Source of the DNA: Macrostomum lignano
Lineage: Eukaryota
Direction of reading: 5' to 3'
Assembly: GCA_002269645.1 (NCBI GenBank)
Contig: NIVC01001417.1
Location: 1 to 59,584, forward strand
Length of the DNA stretch: 59,584 bases
Both the position numbers and the translations under genes were made by a program. Positions 36,479 through 50,314 of the stretch are shown one piece after another. Numbering within the stretch: position 1 is the first letter of the stretch; each line of letters begins with the position of its first letter. The notes below the pieces were generated by a model. It ran no database searches and was not told the origin of the DNA. It worked only from the letters and a program-made list of their open reading frames with translations.

Positions 36479-39367
36479 TTCTTTGTTGTTTTGAAAGTTC
36501 ACTGATAATAGAATTTTTTTATATTTCAGCCAAAGAGAAAGTTCATCCAGCAGTAGATTGGGGTTGGAAAAAAATTAACAAAAAGTAGCATTTAACATAC
36601 AAAAATATATCAATCAATATATTAAACCTCCCTTTTGCAACTTTTGCATGCTTTATTAGAGTAGAATAACACAGGCATAAAAATGGTAGTAAGAAGCTTA
36701 ATTAAAATATCAATTGGATATATATTACAGTGTTTAGTCTAACTCATTACTCAAGGTTATATTAAGACATAAAATAAAGAGATTTCAATGTTAGTTTTAT
36801 ACCTAAAACAAGACTTAATCTTTAGTATTAATTTTATGATATCTTATGTGACGAGATCTAGATTATTAAAAGTTATCAAAATTTGAACTGAATATCTAGA
36901 ATTTTTTAACCTTTAAATACTTTATATGAGCAATAGCATATAATCTATATACTATACTAAAAATGGTTTGTCTGTCCATATGTGATTGATTGGTAATCAG
37001 TCTTAAGACTAGTGCTTACTTCCATGTTAATCATTTTAGTAATAAGTAGAAACATAGGAATAGTCTCAATTTTGGAGAATTAACCATCCTAGAATAAGAA
37101 CATCTAGATTTAGAATCTAAGAACTTGTCTTAAAGCAAAAACAGAATATCTACTAGAGTATAAACTGTGACCTTCAAATCCTAAAATGCCTAGACTAAGA
37201 AAGAAACCCTCAATAGGAGCAAACATAAGAGACTGAACTTGAGAATACTTTTAGAAATAGGATAAATATAGTGCCATAAGACTGCTTAGGCCAATAATAC
37301 AAAATATGCTACTGATACACTTAGTATAAAGTAATAGTATTAAAAGTACATCAGAATATTATATCAAGGATAAATAAATAGAAAAAAGCAAACCCCTATG
37401 ACAATTTTTATGATAGCTGTGAGATTATTTTTAGAAGCTAAAACTAATACCCCTACTAAAACTAGTCAATGGTCATTTTGTCCTTAAACTGTTTTGGCCA
37501 TGGAAATTTAATCCCCCAGACCATTTTGCCTATAGCCCATTTTGACAACTATTAGTAAGTGATAGAAATGGAATATTTAAAGACAATAAATAGCCCTATT
37601 ATGTTATAATATATATTTATCTATCTATTTACCAGTGTAAAGGCAATAATATTTACAAGGCAAGAATGTTATGATAAATATACTTGATTCAACAACCAAA
37701 AAAACATTTCAATTGTTAGTATTTATAACCTTGGCTTGGCTTGGCTTAGGTTTTTATATAATAGGGATAGTATATAATAATAGGCAGTGCTTATTCCTAT
37801 AGTTCCATGCTAATAATAATATATCTACATGGTGCCATGCCGATATGATTCTGAGCTACTTATTGGCATAATAGTTAAATTATAGACAATGGCTAGAGCT
37901 CTGGCACTAGATCTTGTTTTCTAGTGGCTATGGATCTAGCAGTGCATTCTGCAAGCAGTTATCTACTAATGAAGTCTGAATAATAAAATTAGGCCTATCT
38001 TGTTTTGATTCTTATTATATTGTCTTGATCTCAATTTGAAGCAAATCTCAATATCTAGGCTAGGCTTACTATCCAATAAAAAGTATAAATAGTATTATGC
38101 TTCTGCTAGGCTTATAATATCCATAAATTATAACTGTAAGAATACTATTGTCAGATTCATAGCCATTAGGAAATGGGTTCTAGGGGTCCTAGTGCTAGAG
38201 CTCTAGCCATTGCCTAAATTATAATACCTATACTATAGTATATGAGCCTAATACTCTTAGCATATGTTATGTTTAACTATTTAAATGCAGAGTAGGTACA
38301 ATCATCTCCCTATCCAAGACAAGGTCACATACTTTGAAATGATTATAGATAGATATATAGTGTATACTTTTGTCAAGTTTTGCTTAAAGTCTATAAAATA
38401 GGTAGTCTAGTCTGTAAATTAGCAAATATAAAAATGGCATTAATCTAGGTCTAAGTCTGAGTCCATAAATTAGTTATACTGGAGAATTTGCCACAATGGC
38501 CTAACATTGTTACCAAAGTGACTGTCACCAAAATGTCTTGTTGTCAAAGTGTCTACTATTGAAATGTCTTGTTGCTGAAATAATTGGTAGCCTATATATT
38601 ATAGGCCTACTTAGTACAATATATATAATAGACTCCATAGCTATATATATATATATAATATAATAGCTTATAAATTTTTACTTAGGCCTAAGATATCTCT
38701 ATATATAGGCTATAAAAATCAAAACTCTGTGTGTGTATATGTGTGTATATATGTCTATCTATCTATGGACAATTTTGTTCACTATGGACTCCCAAACTGC
38801 TCAAGCAAATTATATTAAATTTTGTAAGCACCCTAAACTCACTATGGAAAATATCTTAGGCTATCTTCAAATTTCTTAAATTTGAGTCTTCCTACCTAAA
38901 AGTGTAAAAAACTGCTTAAAATGTGTGATTTTTTTCACTAAATTCTCCATAGCATTGCTCCACTTTTACCAATCATCTTCAAATTTGACACAATCAATCT
39001 TCAACTATTTTGACACAATTATGTAAAATTTTGAGTCTTAAATTTAATTCTGAATGGCACTGTGCACTTTTAAAGTTAGGCTGCTTTTTCAGTGTGGTAG
39101 CCAACCCAACCTCTGCCCACCTGCCTCTCCTAATCTGGGCAAAGGGTGCAAATAGGTTTTAAAATGACTAACTTTTGGCTGCCATAAGTTTGCTCCACAT
39201 GAAGTGATTGACTTTAAATTTGACACAATTCTTTATCGACCCATTCTTTGTCTAAATATAAAGTCTCATCTCTGTATCTCAATCAGGACAGAAACTATAA
39301 GCATGTGAAGTTTGTCTGCTTTTTCTATTGTTTTTGCCACTCACTTATTCATTCCCCCAGAGCCTGA

Positions 39368-39614
39368 CTGGTTTCCTGTCAATCTGGCAACAGGACAATC
39401 TGGCGATAGACAATCTAGTGATAGTCAAAATGACAATAGTTAGTCCTAATCTGGCAACAATTTGTAGTAAAAAGCTATTACATGAAAGCCAGCGCCGGCA
39501 ATTGCTATTTAAACAGATTAAATGGAGTTTTGATTGCTATAGTTATTATAATTAGTATTATTGCTATTAACTTTTAATAAGGATTGTCTTGTCGCCAGAT
39601 TGTTTGGAAGCCAG
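39368..39614. mobile_element. Decayed MITE-like inverted repeat
   Basis: CTGGTTTCCTGTCAATCTGGCAACAGGACAATC vs reverse complement CTGGCTTCCAAACAATCTGGCGACAAGACAATC. Confidence 0.5.
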
Positions 39615-41553
39615 CCAGACCAAGGTGTTAGACAATAGGGCTGAATTTACATGGCAATGTACAATGTTTTGGAATAGCTTTGTTTATAGCCTTCTCTGCT
39701 GCTCTGCACCCCCATCAAGAGGCTACATTTAGCCATTGTAATAAATTGCACATTGCAGTAAAAAAATTCAAACCCAAAACATAGTAGGCCTACAAAAGTG
39801 TGCTGGATTCAGGAAAATTTATAAACTATCTTAGCAGAGCAAAGGCCAAAGTCGAAAGCTATGAATACAGCATACAATGCAAGCATGATAAGAAGGAATT
39901 AAATCAAAGGCTATGCTAGATTGATAATATTCTTTCAAGAGGCTCTTCATATTGCTTGTTCTGGTTCTAGAACCAGAACCAATTTGTAAAGTATAACTTT
40001 TTGTCTCCTTAACTAGAGGGATATACTTGCTATAAACTCTTAATTATTGAATGAAAATCGTCAAGAAGAAAATGAAAAATTATGCAAAGTGAGGCTGTTA
40101 AGGCAGTCAAATATTAACAGAGTTAAATAGTTATACTGCTGTTTTTCTTGGAAGATCCGAACCGATTCTGGTTCTGGAATTGGTAATGTGAAGAGGCTGT
40201 GAAGAATGTGAAGACGCACTGCTCTATTAAGCTGTTTACCTCCAAAAATTATTGAAATTCGAATTTCGAACAGATAGCCTAACCACTTGTACACAAATTA
40301 TGCATTAAAAATATACAATTTAGAAAGACTAAATGTAATATTTAAAACTTTAAGAGACATAGGAGGTCCAAAACACTATTATCGATTTCTTAAAGAAAGA
40401 AAAATTAAAGCGCTGCATTGTTTTACTTATTATTTCATTTCACCCTAACTATTTAAACTAAGATTGCGATGTAGTTTCATGAATCAAAAAATTTTAGTGA
40501 ATTCTCAGATTTTTTAATTTCTTAGAAGAGTACACTCAATTTAGCAACATCTGTAAGTCGATGTAACATATTAGCGGAAGTCGAGGTCCCATCTATTGAG
40601 CAATCTCTTAGCACAAAGTAGTATATTGCAATATTTGTTGTATATTTCGGTCCCAGGTCAATTCGGTGACAAGACATTTCGGTGACAACAACTTCGGTGA
40701 CAACTTGGGACGTTTCGGTGACACCAGTGGTCAATTCGGTGACAAGCTTTTTAGACTTGATTTGACTATTTTTCGTTGTTAAATATTAAAATATAGCTGT
40801 CACTATAAACTCTTATTAAAGTATTGATGGTTCGTATGCTATCAATTATCATTTTGTTTGAGTGCGTTTCGAGGCATAATCACTTATAGCGCGCACTTAA
40901 TTTTATCCATACTTTTCATTTTTCAACTCAAATCAACTGTCAACGATCCAATTGATGATTCGATTTTTTGTACTACATCTACTACATGTACATGTATTGT
41001 AGATGTACATGTACATGTACGTCTTAAAAGCCATTGAACGAGTTTAGAAAACAACTGTATACCTATAGCGTAGCTTATGACTGTATATACGAGTATGTTA
41101 TGTGCTAATTCAGGGACTAAGGCAAGGGGCGCCAATAGGGGCGGACCCGCGGATAGAGCTTGATAGAACTTATTGACCCCCCTAATTAAAACCTAAAAAC
41201 TTATTAACCCAAAAACTTATTGAGCACCATTTAAACTAGATTTTTCGCCTCCTACACGCATTTTTGCACCCCTAGCTTAAAATAAATTAGCGCCCCTCAT
41301 ACTCATGTTGGCGCCCAAAACTTGGACCGACGCCCCCCCTTTCGGCCCCCAAATGAAATTCTAGATCCGCTACTGTATGTGCGCCTCACAGAGTATAGGT
41401 TACGAGTGTGGGTGAGTTGGCTTGAAATTATCTTGTAATTAGTTTTGGCGCTTATTGACAACTGTCCTGTGCGTGTACAGTAAACTTATGGTCGCGGCTC
41501 GTGACCATGTCAACATAAACACGTACATGTGTATAAATGTAAAGTCATTTTAG

Positions 41554-42252
41554 TCCCTTAAAGCCATTTTAAGGGAAGTTCAAAGATTCGCTCCCGATTT
41601 CTCACCCGCGAGATTCGTTCTCGACTATGAGCAGCCAGCCTGGAAGGCGGTTCAATGCATCTTTCCGCAGGCTGAAGTGCAGGGCTGCAATTTCCACTGG
41701 ACCCAGGCAGTCTGGCGAAAAGTTCAGAACGTGGGTCTGCAGCAGTCCTATCGTGATGATGATGGCACAGAACGGTTCGTCCGGAAGTTGATGGCACTGC
41801 CGTACCTGCCACGTGACGAGATTAACGAGGTGTTTGAAAGCCTCCGAGCTTCGCAAGCTGCTCAGGTAGACGAAAGGCTGCAGGAACTATGTGAGTACAT
41901 TGGCAGTACATGGTTGGGCGAAGGCAGCAACTGGAAAGCGGATGACATTTGCGTGTTTGGTCAGCCCATCAGGACCAACAACGACCTGGAGGGCTGGCAC
42001 TATCGCCTAAACCGTAAAGCTGGGAGGCGCAACCTCCAGTTCTATCTATTGCTGCAACTGCTCCACGAGGAAGCTATCCTGGTGCCACTCCAGGCTCACC
42101 TGCTGTCCAGAGGGGTACTGCGTCGAGAGCAGTGGCAAGGGTACCACACAGTTCAGTCTCGTTTATTTCGCTACTGGGCGGAATATGAACAAAGTACTCG
42201 AAGCACTCGGCGGCTGCTTAAATCCTGTGGTCGTCTCTTTAATCCGAAGTGA
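41554..42252 (+). pseudogene. MULE transposase C-terminal exon (N-terminal exons absent)
   Basis: Open from a tttag acceptor: ...FVLDYEQPAWKAVQCIFPQAEVQGCNFHWTQA...RTNNDLEGWH; first catalytic D motif not present. Confidence 0.88.
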
Positions 42253-43441
42253 CATGACGACTGTGTTGCACCAAAGACTACATATGTACTAGACATATAC
42301 ACCAGACTGTACATGTACTAGAATCGAAGGCCGGATATTTAGGGAACTATACTACTCGTGTATACCATGTACTCTCGCAGTAGCGCAACCAGAAATTTGT
42401 TGAGGGGGGGGCGAATCATTCGCTTGGTCCCCTTTGATTTTTTCCGGTGTCCCCGAAGGAGGGGCAACCGCCCCCCCCCGGTTGCGCCACTGTGAGTATT
42501 CTGACAGTGATCAGAATAAATGAGTATTCTGATTCGTATACTCATTATATTAAATACTGTACTGTACATGTTGTGTCGACTTGTGTTGACGCCTTTTTTG
42601 GTGCAAATATGTTTACTGCTTAGTTCTCTGTCCTTACTAAAATACACTGCTAAATAACTCAACTATCATTCCGCTCATTATACTATCGATTCATATACTT
42701 GCACTGCACTGTAACTACTGCTTTGAAATAGCTTGATTTAGTAACGACAATAAATTTGTTTACGAAAATCAGACACCAAGAAGAAGCTATAGCTTTTGAC
42801 TATACATCAAAGGGGGGAGGGGGCGGGGGGCGCGGTCGGTCCAAGTTTTGGGCGCCAACATGAGTATGAGGGGCGCTAATTTATTTTAAGCTAGGGGTGC
42901 AAAAATGCGTGTAGGAGGCGAAAAATCTAGTTTAAATGGTGCTCAATAAGTTTTTGGGTTAATAAGTTTTTAGGTTTTAGGGGGGTCAATAAGTTCTATC
43001 AAGCTCTATCCGCGGGTCCGCCCCTATTGGCGCCCCTTGCCTTAGTCCCTGAATTAGCACATAACATACTCGTATATACAGTCATAAGCTACGCTATAGG
43101 TATACAGTTGTTTTCTAAACTCGTTCAATGGCTTTTAAGACGTACATGTACATGTACATCTACAATACATGTACATGTAGTAGATGTAGTACAAAAAATC
43201 GAATCATCAATTGGATCGTTGACAGTTGATTTGAGTTGAAAAATGAAAAGTATGGATAAAATTAAGTGCGCGCTATAAGTGATTATGCCTCGAAACGCAC
43301 TCAAACAAAATGATAATTGATAGCATACGAACCATCAATACTTTAATAAGAGTTTATAGTGACAGCTATATTTTAATATTTAACAACAAAAAATAGTCAA
43401 ATCAAGTCTAAAAAGCTTGTCACCGAATTGACCACTGGTAT

Positions 43442-44496
43442 TGAGGCGGGGGTGGAGGAGAGTTTCTTGGAAATTGGGCGGTTTTGAAAATTTGCTGACA
43501 CCAGTGAGCTGGGCGGATTCCTCGTTTGAATTTCCGCCGAATGTTGAGTTCGCACGAATAAAACCGGAAAAATCGCGCAGACGAATCTCAACAGGAAAAT
43601 CTTTCTCCTTTTACTCCGGCTGCCGGGTTCTCAAGTCCGGGGGGAGGGTAGTCGTAATCGTAGCGGAGCGGTCGTGTAGCGGCGAGGTCGTTCAAATCGA
43701 TGAAACACTGTAATTGGAGATTCCTGACTCCGTAAAATAATGCGTCGAATAGCTGAGTTTGCTACTTTCAGTAGGGTAGTTGCTGCCACCACCGTAATTT
43801 ACGTATTACGGAACGGATAAGTCCCAGAGCTATCTTTGAGATGAGGACTTGGTTATTTTATGCCCCACGGGCAAATGATTCAATAAAACGCTATGGCTTA
43901 ATGTCAACGGATAAATATAGATTAATGTATGGTTAATGGTTAACGTTATTATTATTAACTGTAAGCAGGCGAAAGTAAATAATATTATTATTGTCGACGA
44001 GGATGATGTTCGCAGGCGGTACCTGGGTGCTGAATGCGATCGGGATTTAATACAACTGGGCGCGCTGAATATTAAGTACGAACAGAAAGGAAAAAAACGC
44101 GGGCACAGAAGAGGAAGAGAAAAGGGAGCGGGAGAGAGAGGGAGCGACAGCAATTACACCAAAAGATAAGGGGTTTAAATAGACCGCAGAAATGGTTCTC
44201 ACAATGGAGCAACGGCTGGGCTAGGTGATGGGCACGCACCATTCACAACATGGATTTTCGAAAAAGTTACCGTAATGAGCGCATTTTAACAAACCTCCAG
44301 TATGAGGGCATGCATGAACACCGCGTGGATTAAACGGTGGACAAACCCGATGGACGAAGTCCAACTCGGGGAAAGGTTGGACTCGAACCACGCTAAGGAA
44401 AAAAAAACAGAAACGAAGCATCACGCGGACAGTCAAAATTAGTCACCGTCACAGGTCCCGTTCACTAAAAATCAACAGTGGCATCCGCCTGCCACA
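43442..44496 (-). mobile_element. Solo LTR (1055 bp) inserted in the right TIR of the MULE
   Basis: TG...CA ends with imperfect inverted termini TGAGGCGGG / TGTGGCAGG; 4-bp TSD GTAT (43438-43441, 44497-44500); TATA-like TATTTAAA on the minus strand near 44175. Confidence 0.85.
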
Positions 44497-45480
44497 GTAT
44501 CACCGAAACGTCCCAAGTTGTCACCGAAGTTGTTGTCACCGAAATGTCTTGTCACCGAATTGACCTGGGACCGTATATTTCATTTCTATTCTGAAAGCCA
44601 ATTTTGGCCATTAGGGCAGACCTCACACGTCACACTTAAGGACTGCTTACTGTTACTTATACCATGACTACAGTAAGGACATTATTTTTGTAATAAAACC
44701 AGACAACAGATGACTTTATAAAAAAGCTCTTTATTCTAGGCCTACTAATATTAGGGTTAGACCCTACTAGTACTACTAAGCCTAAAGCAAAAAATATAAA
44801 TTGTAGGCCTAATATATTTAATATACATAATACCATATAAGGGGGCCTAACATATCATGACATATGTAAAATAAGAAACATTTTAGGCAATCCTCTAGTT
44901 TTGCATGTCTAATTATTTTTCAAAAAATAGCTACTAGTTGTTAATTACTGCAAGTAAATTTTTGAACTTGCATGAGTGTAAAACATGGTAGTGACATGGC
45001 AGACATGATCAATGTTATGTTTATAGGCCTAGGCCTAGTTATTAGTTTGATTTAAATAAAGGCTATGTGTATAGCAAAAACTTGCAATTGCTCCTTGTTT
45101 TTTTAATGGGACTGTGATTCTGAGAGATTTCTTGCCTTAGCCCTTACTTAGACCTACTTTCCTAAACAATCTTGATTATCAATCTTAATAAGCAATACCT
45201 CTTTTTGATCATGGCTAGATGCCCTGCAGTACATTGCAGCCATTGCTATTTTTATAGCACTGTTGCTACCTATGTTACATTTTCAGCAAAATACTTTTTT
45301 AGGTGGCACACTATTACAATATCTAATGCAACTAGACATGATATAACAAACTTGCTAATTGTTAGTTAACTTTGTTAAAAGTCCATTCAAACTTTATTTA
45401 ATTCAAAAAATAATTAAAATATATGTTAAACTTGAGGATTATCCAAATTTTAATACATTGATAAAATGATTTACTTTTTC

Positions 45481-45705
45481 TATATACTAAAAATGTGATG
45501 TCTCTCAATCTATCTATATATGTATATATATACTAAAAATGTGATGTCTCTCAATCTATCTATATATGTATATATATACTAAAAATGTGATGTCTCTCAA
45601 TCTATCTATATATGTATATATATACTAAAAATGTGATGTCTCTCAATCTATCTATATATGTATATATATACTAAAAATGTGATGTCTCTCAATCTATCTA
45701 TATAT
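45481..45705. repeat. 46-bp AT-rich tandem repeat x5
   Basis: CTAAAAATGTGATGTCTCTCAATC... recurs at 45487, 45533, 45579, 45625 and 45671. Confidence 0.9.
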
Positions 45706-45713
45706 ATATGCAA

Positions 45714-45976
45714 CCCTATTGCAGCGCATAGCTTAAGTACGCCAGACGCCTACACAACCTGCGCCACGCTGTGAAATGACTTACCTGTGAAAGAAACCCT
45801 AAAGCAAAATTAACGCAGTTTTGGGTAAACGGCAGAAGTAACTATGACTGTCTTATCAAGCCTAAATGCCTCGGCATCTAATTAGTACCGCGCCGCGCCG
45901 TACTAATCGCCGCGCCGCGCCGTATTAGATCCGCGCCGGACGCCGTCCGCCAAAATGCCCATGCGCTGCAATCAGG
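45714..45976. mobile_element. 263-bp MITE with 8-bp TSD
   Basis: TIR CCCTATTGCAGCGCAT / ATGCGCTGCAATCAGG; TSD ATATGCAA at 45706-45713 and 45977-45984. Confidence 0.85.
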
Positions 45977-47289
45977 ATATGCAATAGATTAGAAAAAAAT
46001 AGCTTAACCAATTTTCATGAGATTTGCACTGTTCAATTAGAAATTTTCCCGAGACTGCACGTGTGTCTTGGCTAAAAATTTGATCAATGCTAAAGGCATT
46101 AAATATAAAAAAACATGCTTTTTTGCAAAGGTCAAGTAAACTTTTAAACTTAAAATGCATTGTAAAAATGCTAGAGAAAAAACTCACTGGTTGAATTCTG
46201 ATTCTGAAATAGATTGCATCATAACTGAATTGTAACTCTGACTTGAATTGAAAATGCAGTGTGGAAGTGTAGCACGAGACTTTATTTAGATTATGTAAAC
46301 ATATTATTAAATGATACTGACTGAGAAATTTATTATATCATAATTGCTTTGTATGATTTATTCTATATTTGGAGTTTGAAGTATTGAATTATATAAGTGC
46401 TAAATTTCATGCTATCAAAATGATAAGAGCTAGCCTAAAGGTAAACAGACTGAACATCTATTCTCTATTCTCTATTCTCTATTCTCTGAACTCTATTCAT
46501 AGAATAGAGTTTTTTTAATTAAAACTTTCGAACATTAGGAAAACTAAAAGACGTTTTACAAAAAAGCATCATTTAAAGAATAAAAAGTGTCATAAAAAAT
46601 CATAGAAGTGTCATATAAAAAATTATCAAAGCATTATATACACAATCATAGAAGCATCATCTAAAAAATCATAGAAGCATCATATAAAAAGTCATAGAAA
46701 TGTCATGTAAAAAATCATAGAAGCATCATGTAAAAAATCATAAAAGCGTCATGTAAAAAAGAGGGGAATAGCTGAGATGTCAAGACTTGCAAGGAGAATA
46801 GTTGAGATGTCAAGACTCACAAGGGATTGCTGAGGTTATTGCAAAGAGAAACTGTAGTTTAAACATGTAGTTTATTCAAAAGTAGAATAAAGTCCAAAAG
46901 AAGTATCATGTCAGATATAAAAGAAGTGTCGTATAAAAATGTCACATAAAACTGTGTGCTGTGACGTGACTCTTGGGTAGAATTACTATTGATGTCAAAG
47001 CTTATGGGGGAATAGCTAAGATGTCAAGGCTCATGGGGAAATAACTAAGATGTAAAGGCTAAAGTCAAAAGCAACATATAGTTTATTCAAAACTTTCTAT
47101 TATATTATTTGTTGGCTCCTCATGGGGGTGTTGCTGATAGAAAAAGTGTCATGTAAAAAATAAGAAAGTGTCATGTTGAACTTAAAATATTCATTTGGGA
47201 ATCCCTACAATGTCAAGGCTTACAGGGAATTGCTATAATGCTGTAGTGGTATAATAATTCTTTGGAAAAATTACTGAACTGTCAATGCT

Positions 47290-47347
47290 TTAGGGTTAAG
47301 GTTAGGGTTAGGGTTGGGGTTAAGGTTAGGCTAGGGTTAGGATTAGG
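47290..47347 (+). repeat. Degenerate (TTAGGG)n telomere-like tract
   Basis: About 9-10 imperfect hexamers. Confidence 0.7.
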
Positions 47348-49051
47348 TTGATAGATTTTTTAAGATTTCAAGGCTTATAGGGAAGATGTCAAGGGGGGAA
47401 CTTTATATGTTAAGGCTTGTTGGGGGACTTGCTGACATGTCAAGGCTTACAAGGGACTGCTGAGGTATATTATTGCAAAGAGATGCTACATGTAGTTTTT
47501 AAAAAACTTCTACTGCATTTTTTGGCTTTCCAATGGGGGGTGCTGATTGCTCTAAACTTCTAATAGTTCTTGTCATCAACTTTAGTCCTTAGTTAGCTTT
47601 ATTTAATACAATGAAATTTCTTCTAATAACTATAAAAAAACATTTTGCTTTTTAGAATATTTAACATAAAAGTCAAATGACTATGACTTTGATATTTTTA
47701 TAGTTATATTTAGTTATAAAGATGTCAAATTTTTTTAAAGGTAAAAGGCAAGTACTATATACCATTGTCCATTGATGCCCCCCTCTCACTTTAAAAGAGT
47801 AGGGAAGGGCCATAGCCTAGCCTATGGTCCACTGCCCTTTTGTTCTAATGCCTAGGATCATTACTCATTTGTTATAATCAATTAATTGCTAATCCAAAAG
47901 ATCTTGGATCCTGGATTTGACATAATATAGTCTCTTTAGTCTCTATTTCATATAAAATATAAGAATAATAAATAGCTTATACTTAAATAGAAAAATTTAG
48001 CACTCTAGGCCTATTTAGAGAAAATATAATAAAAGTTACTAGAAAAAAGGTAAAGGATAAGCTAGGTACCATTGATGGCCTTTCCTTTTTTGAAAATCAA
48101 AGGGCCATAGCCAATGCCCCTACCCTTCTTGTTCCCCTTTTCTAGTACTTATGTATTATGTTAATTACTTAGGAATAGGACTAGCCTTGATATTACAAGC
48201 ATATTTAGTGTTAACTATAATAATAAGCCTAACCATGTCATTATTTTTATTGTAATTATAATTATAATTAGATTAATAATCTAAGAGCCTAATAAAAAGA
48301 CAATTTATATAATTTTTTATTCTTTGATTCATAAAACTAGCAATAGGCAAAGGTAGAAAAGACAAAGACTATATTTTATAGACTATATTTATAAAGATAA
48401 ATAAGATAAATAAAAAGAATCCAAACAATAAAAAATCAATATAGATTTAAATACTTTTTTATTGCAATGCATTTTGGTCTGCATTGACCATTTTCAAGCA
48501 GTTTATTGGCTAAAGCAAAATTGAAAAAATGAAAAGGATGCAATAGTATATAATATTGAAAAATTGGGCAAGTAAAGCAGAAATTTAAATAGGGTTTTTT
48601 TAAATGAGCTTAGTAAAGAAGATTTTTCTAGAGAATTGTCACAAATATAACTTTTTTTGTTTGTAATATACATATCTGTACATATATGTACATAAGTGGT
48701 TAAAAGGGCATTGCAACATTTTTTGAGCAGAAAAGAAACATGTATATTCCTTAGCCGCATTGCAGTCACATTAATTTGGGGCTAAATTGAAATTTTGGCT
48801 TGTCTCTGCTTGTGCAAGGCACAGTAAAGTTATAGTAAATGTGTGTTCGCCTGCTCACCGGTTGGTGGAATGGGCAGTTAAGCCTCTCGTCGGTTGTGAC
48901 AATGTCGCTTAAAGTACACTATGGTGCACACAGCCTTCGTGACGGCTTCAATCATTAAATTTCTAATTTCTTCTTTCCAGACAGCACAAGTCCAAGTGCT
49001 CGATTTGAGTTCGAGTCTTGATAAAAAGCAGAAAAAAGCCTTTGAAAATTC

Positions 49052-49384
49052 ATGTCTCTCGCTGTTTTATTGCTGCTTGTGCTTGGAACTCAGGCCTACC
49101 CAAGCCTAGCATTCACCAGCTCTGAGCAGGGCGTCAAAGAGGCCGATTTGACTAGCCAGAATCAGTACATGACATTCGCCAAGAGTCTGTACAAGAATGC
49201 CGAAATTCTTGTGCACATTGTTTGTGAGGGCGATGCTCCTGCAGCTGTGCCAACTGGCGCCAATGCTACTCGCTTCCGGATTGGCTGGCGGCTCCGCCAA
49301 TCGCCTTGCGCCGAGGAGTACACCGGCGTTGATAAAGATGCTAGGCGAGCGCCTTTGTACTATGAACAGCCGGAGCTGGTGCAG
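49052..49384 (+). CDS. TMEM87: TMEM87/GOST seven-TM protein, exon 1
   Basis: Signal peptide MSLAVLLLLVLGTQA; FAKSLYKNAEI..RIGWRLRQSPC; CAG|gtaggg. Confidence 0.85.
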
Positions 49385-49439
49385 GTAGGGTCACCGGGAT
49401 GTTGATCGCAAATAGATCGCAAATGTGATACTGATCACA

Positions 49440-50210
49440 ATCCATGTTATACTGATCCCAATCTGTGGGATACTGATCCCAATCTATGGGATACAGATCC
49501 CAATCTATGGGATACTGATCCCAATATTATGGGATACTGATCTCAATCCATGAGATACTGATCTCAATCTATAGGATACAGATCCCAATTTATAAGATAG
49601 TGATCCCAATCCATGAGGTACTGATCCCAATCCATGAGGTACAGATTCCAATCTATGGGATACTGATCCCAATCCATGAGGTACAGATTCCAATCCATGA
49701 GATACTGATCCCAATCCATGAGGTACAGATTCCAATCTATGGGATACTGATCCCAATCCATGAGGTACAGATTCCAATCCATGAGGTACAGATTCCAATC
49801 TATGGGATACTGATCCCAATCCATGAGGTACAGATTCCAATCCATGAGATACTGATCCCAATCTATGGGATACTGATCCCAATCCATGAGGTACAGATTC
49901 CAATCCATGAGATACTGATCCCAATTTGTGGGATACTGATCTCATCTATGGGATACAGATCCCAATCTATAGGATACAGATCCCAATCCATGGGATACCG
50001 ATCCCAATCTATGGGATACTAATCACAATCCATGTGATAATGATCCCAATCTATGGGATACTGATCCCAATCTATGGGATACTGATCCCAATCCATGAGA
50101 TACTGATCCAAATCCATGAGATACTGATCCAAATCCATGAGGTACAGATCCCATTCTATGAGATACAGATCCCAATCTAAGAGATACTGATCCCAAACTT
50201 ATGGATATTA
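49440..50210. repeat. 21-bp minisatellite (GATACTGATCCCAATCTATGG)n, TMEM87 intron 1
   Basis: Visible tandem copies. Confidence 0.92.
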
Positions 50211-50314
50211 ATCCTAATTCAGGAAAATGCATACTCAAATCCAAGTTATTATGATCCGAATTCTTAAATTCCAATTAATAAATTACTGCTACTTCTCCAC
50301 CACCTTGAATCCAG

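Larger units (their letters stand above)
40649..44572 (+). mobile_element. Mutator (MULE) DNA transposon, internally deleted, with about 700-bp TIRs
   Basis: 9-bp TSD GTATATTTC at 40640-40648 and 44573-44581; ends GGTCCCAGG...CCTGGGACC; arms 40649-about 41340 and about 42825-44572 (right arm interrupted by a solo LTR); MULE transposase exon inside. Confidence 0.92.

Noticed and set aside
40923-41135. Identical 70-aa ORFs at 40923-41135 (-) and 43027-43239 (+)
   Set aside because: A by-product of the MULE inverted repeats; non-ATG start
42378-42492. CAGTAGCG...CGCCACTG hAT-like mini element inside the MULE
   Set aside because: Termini resemble a hAT MITE, but no matching 8-bp TSD was found
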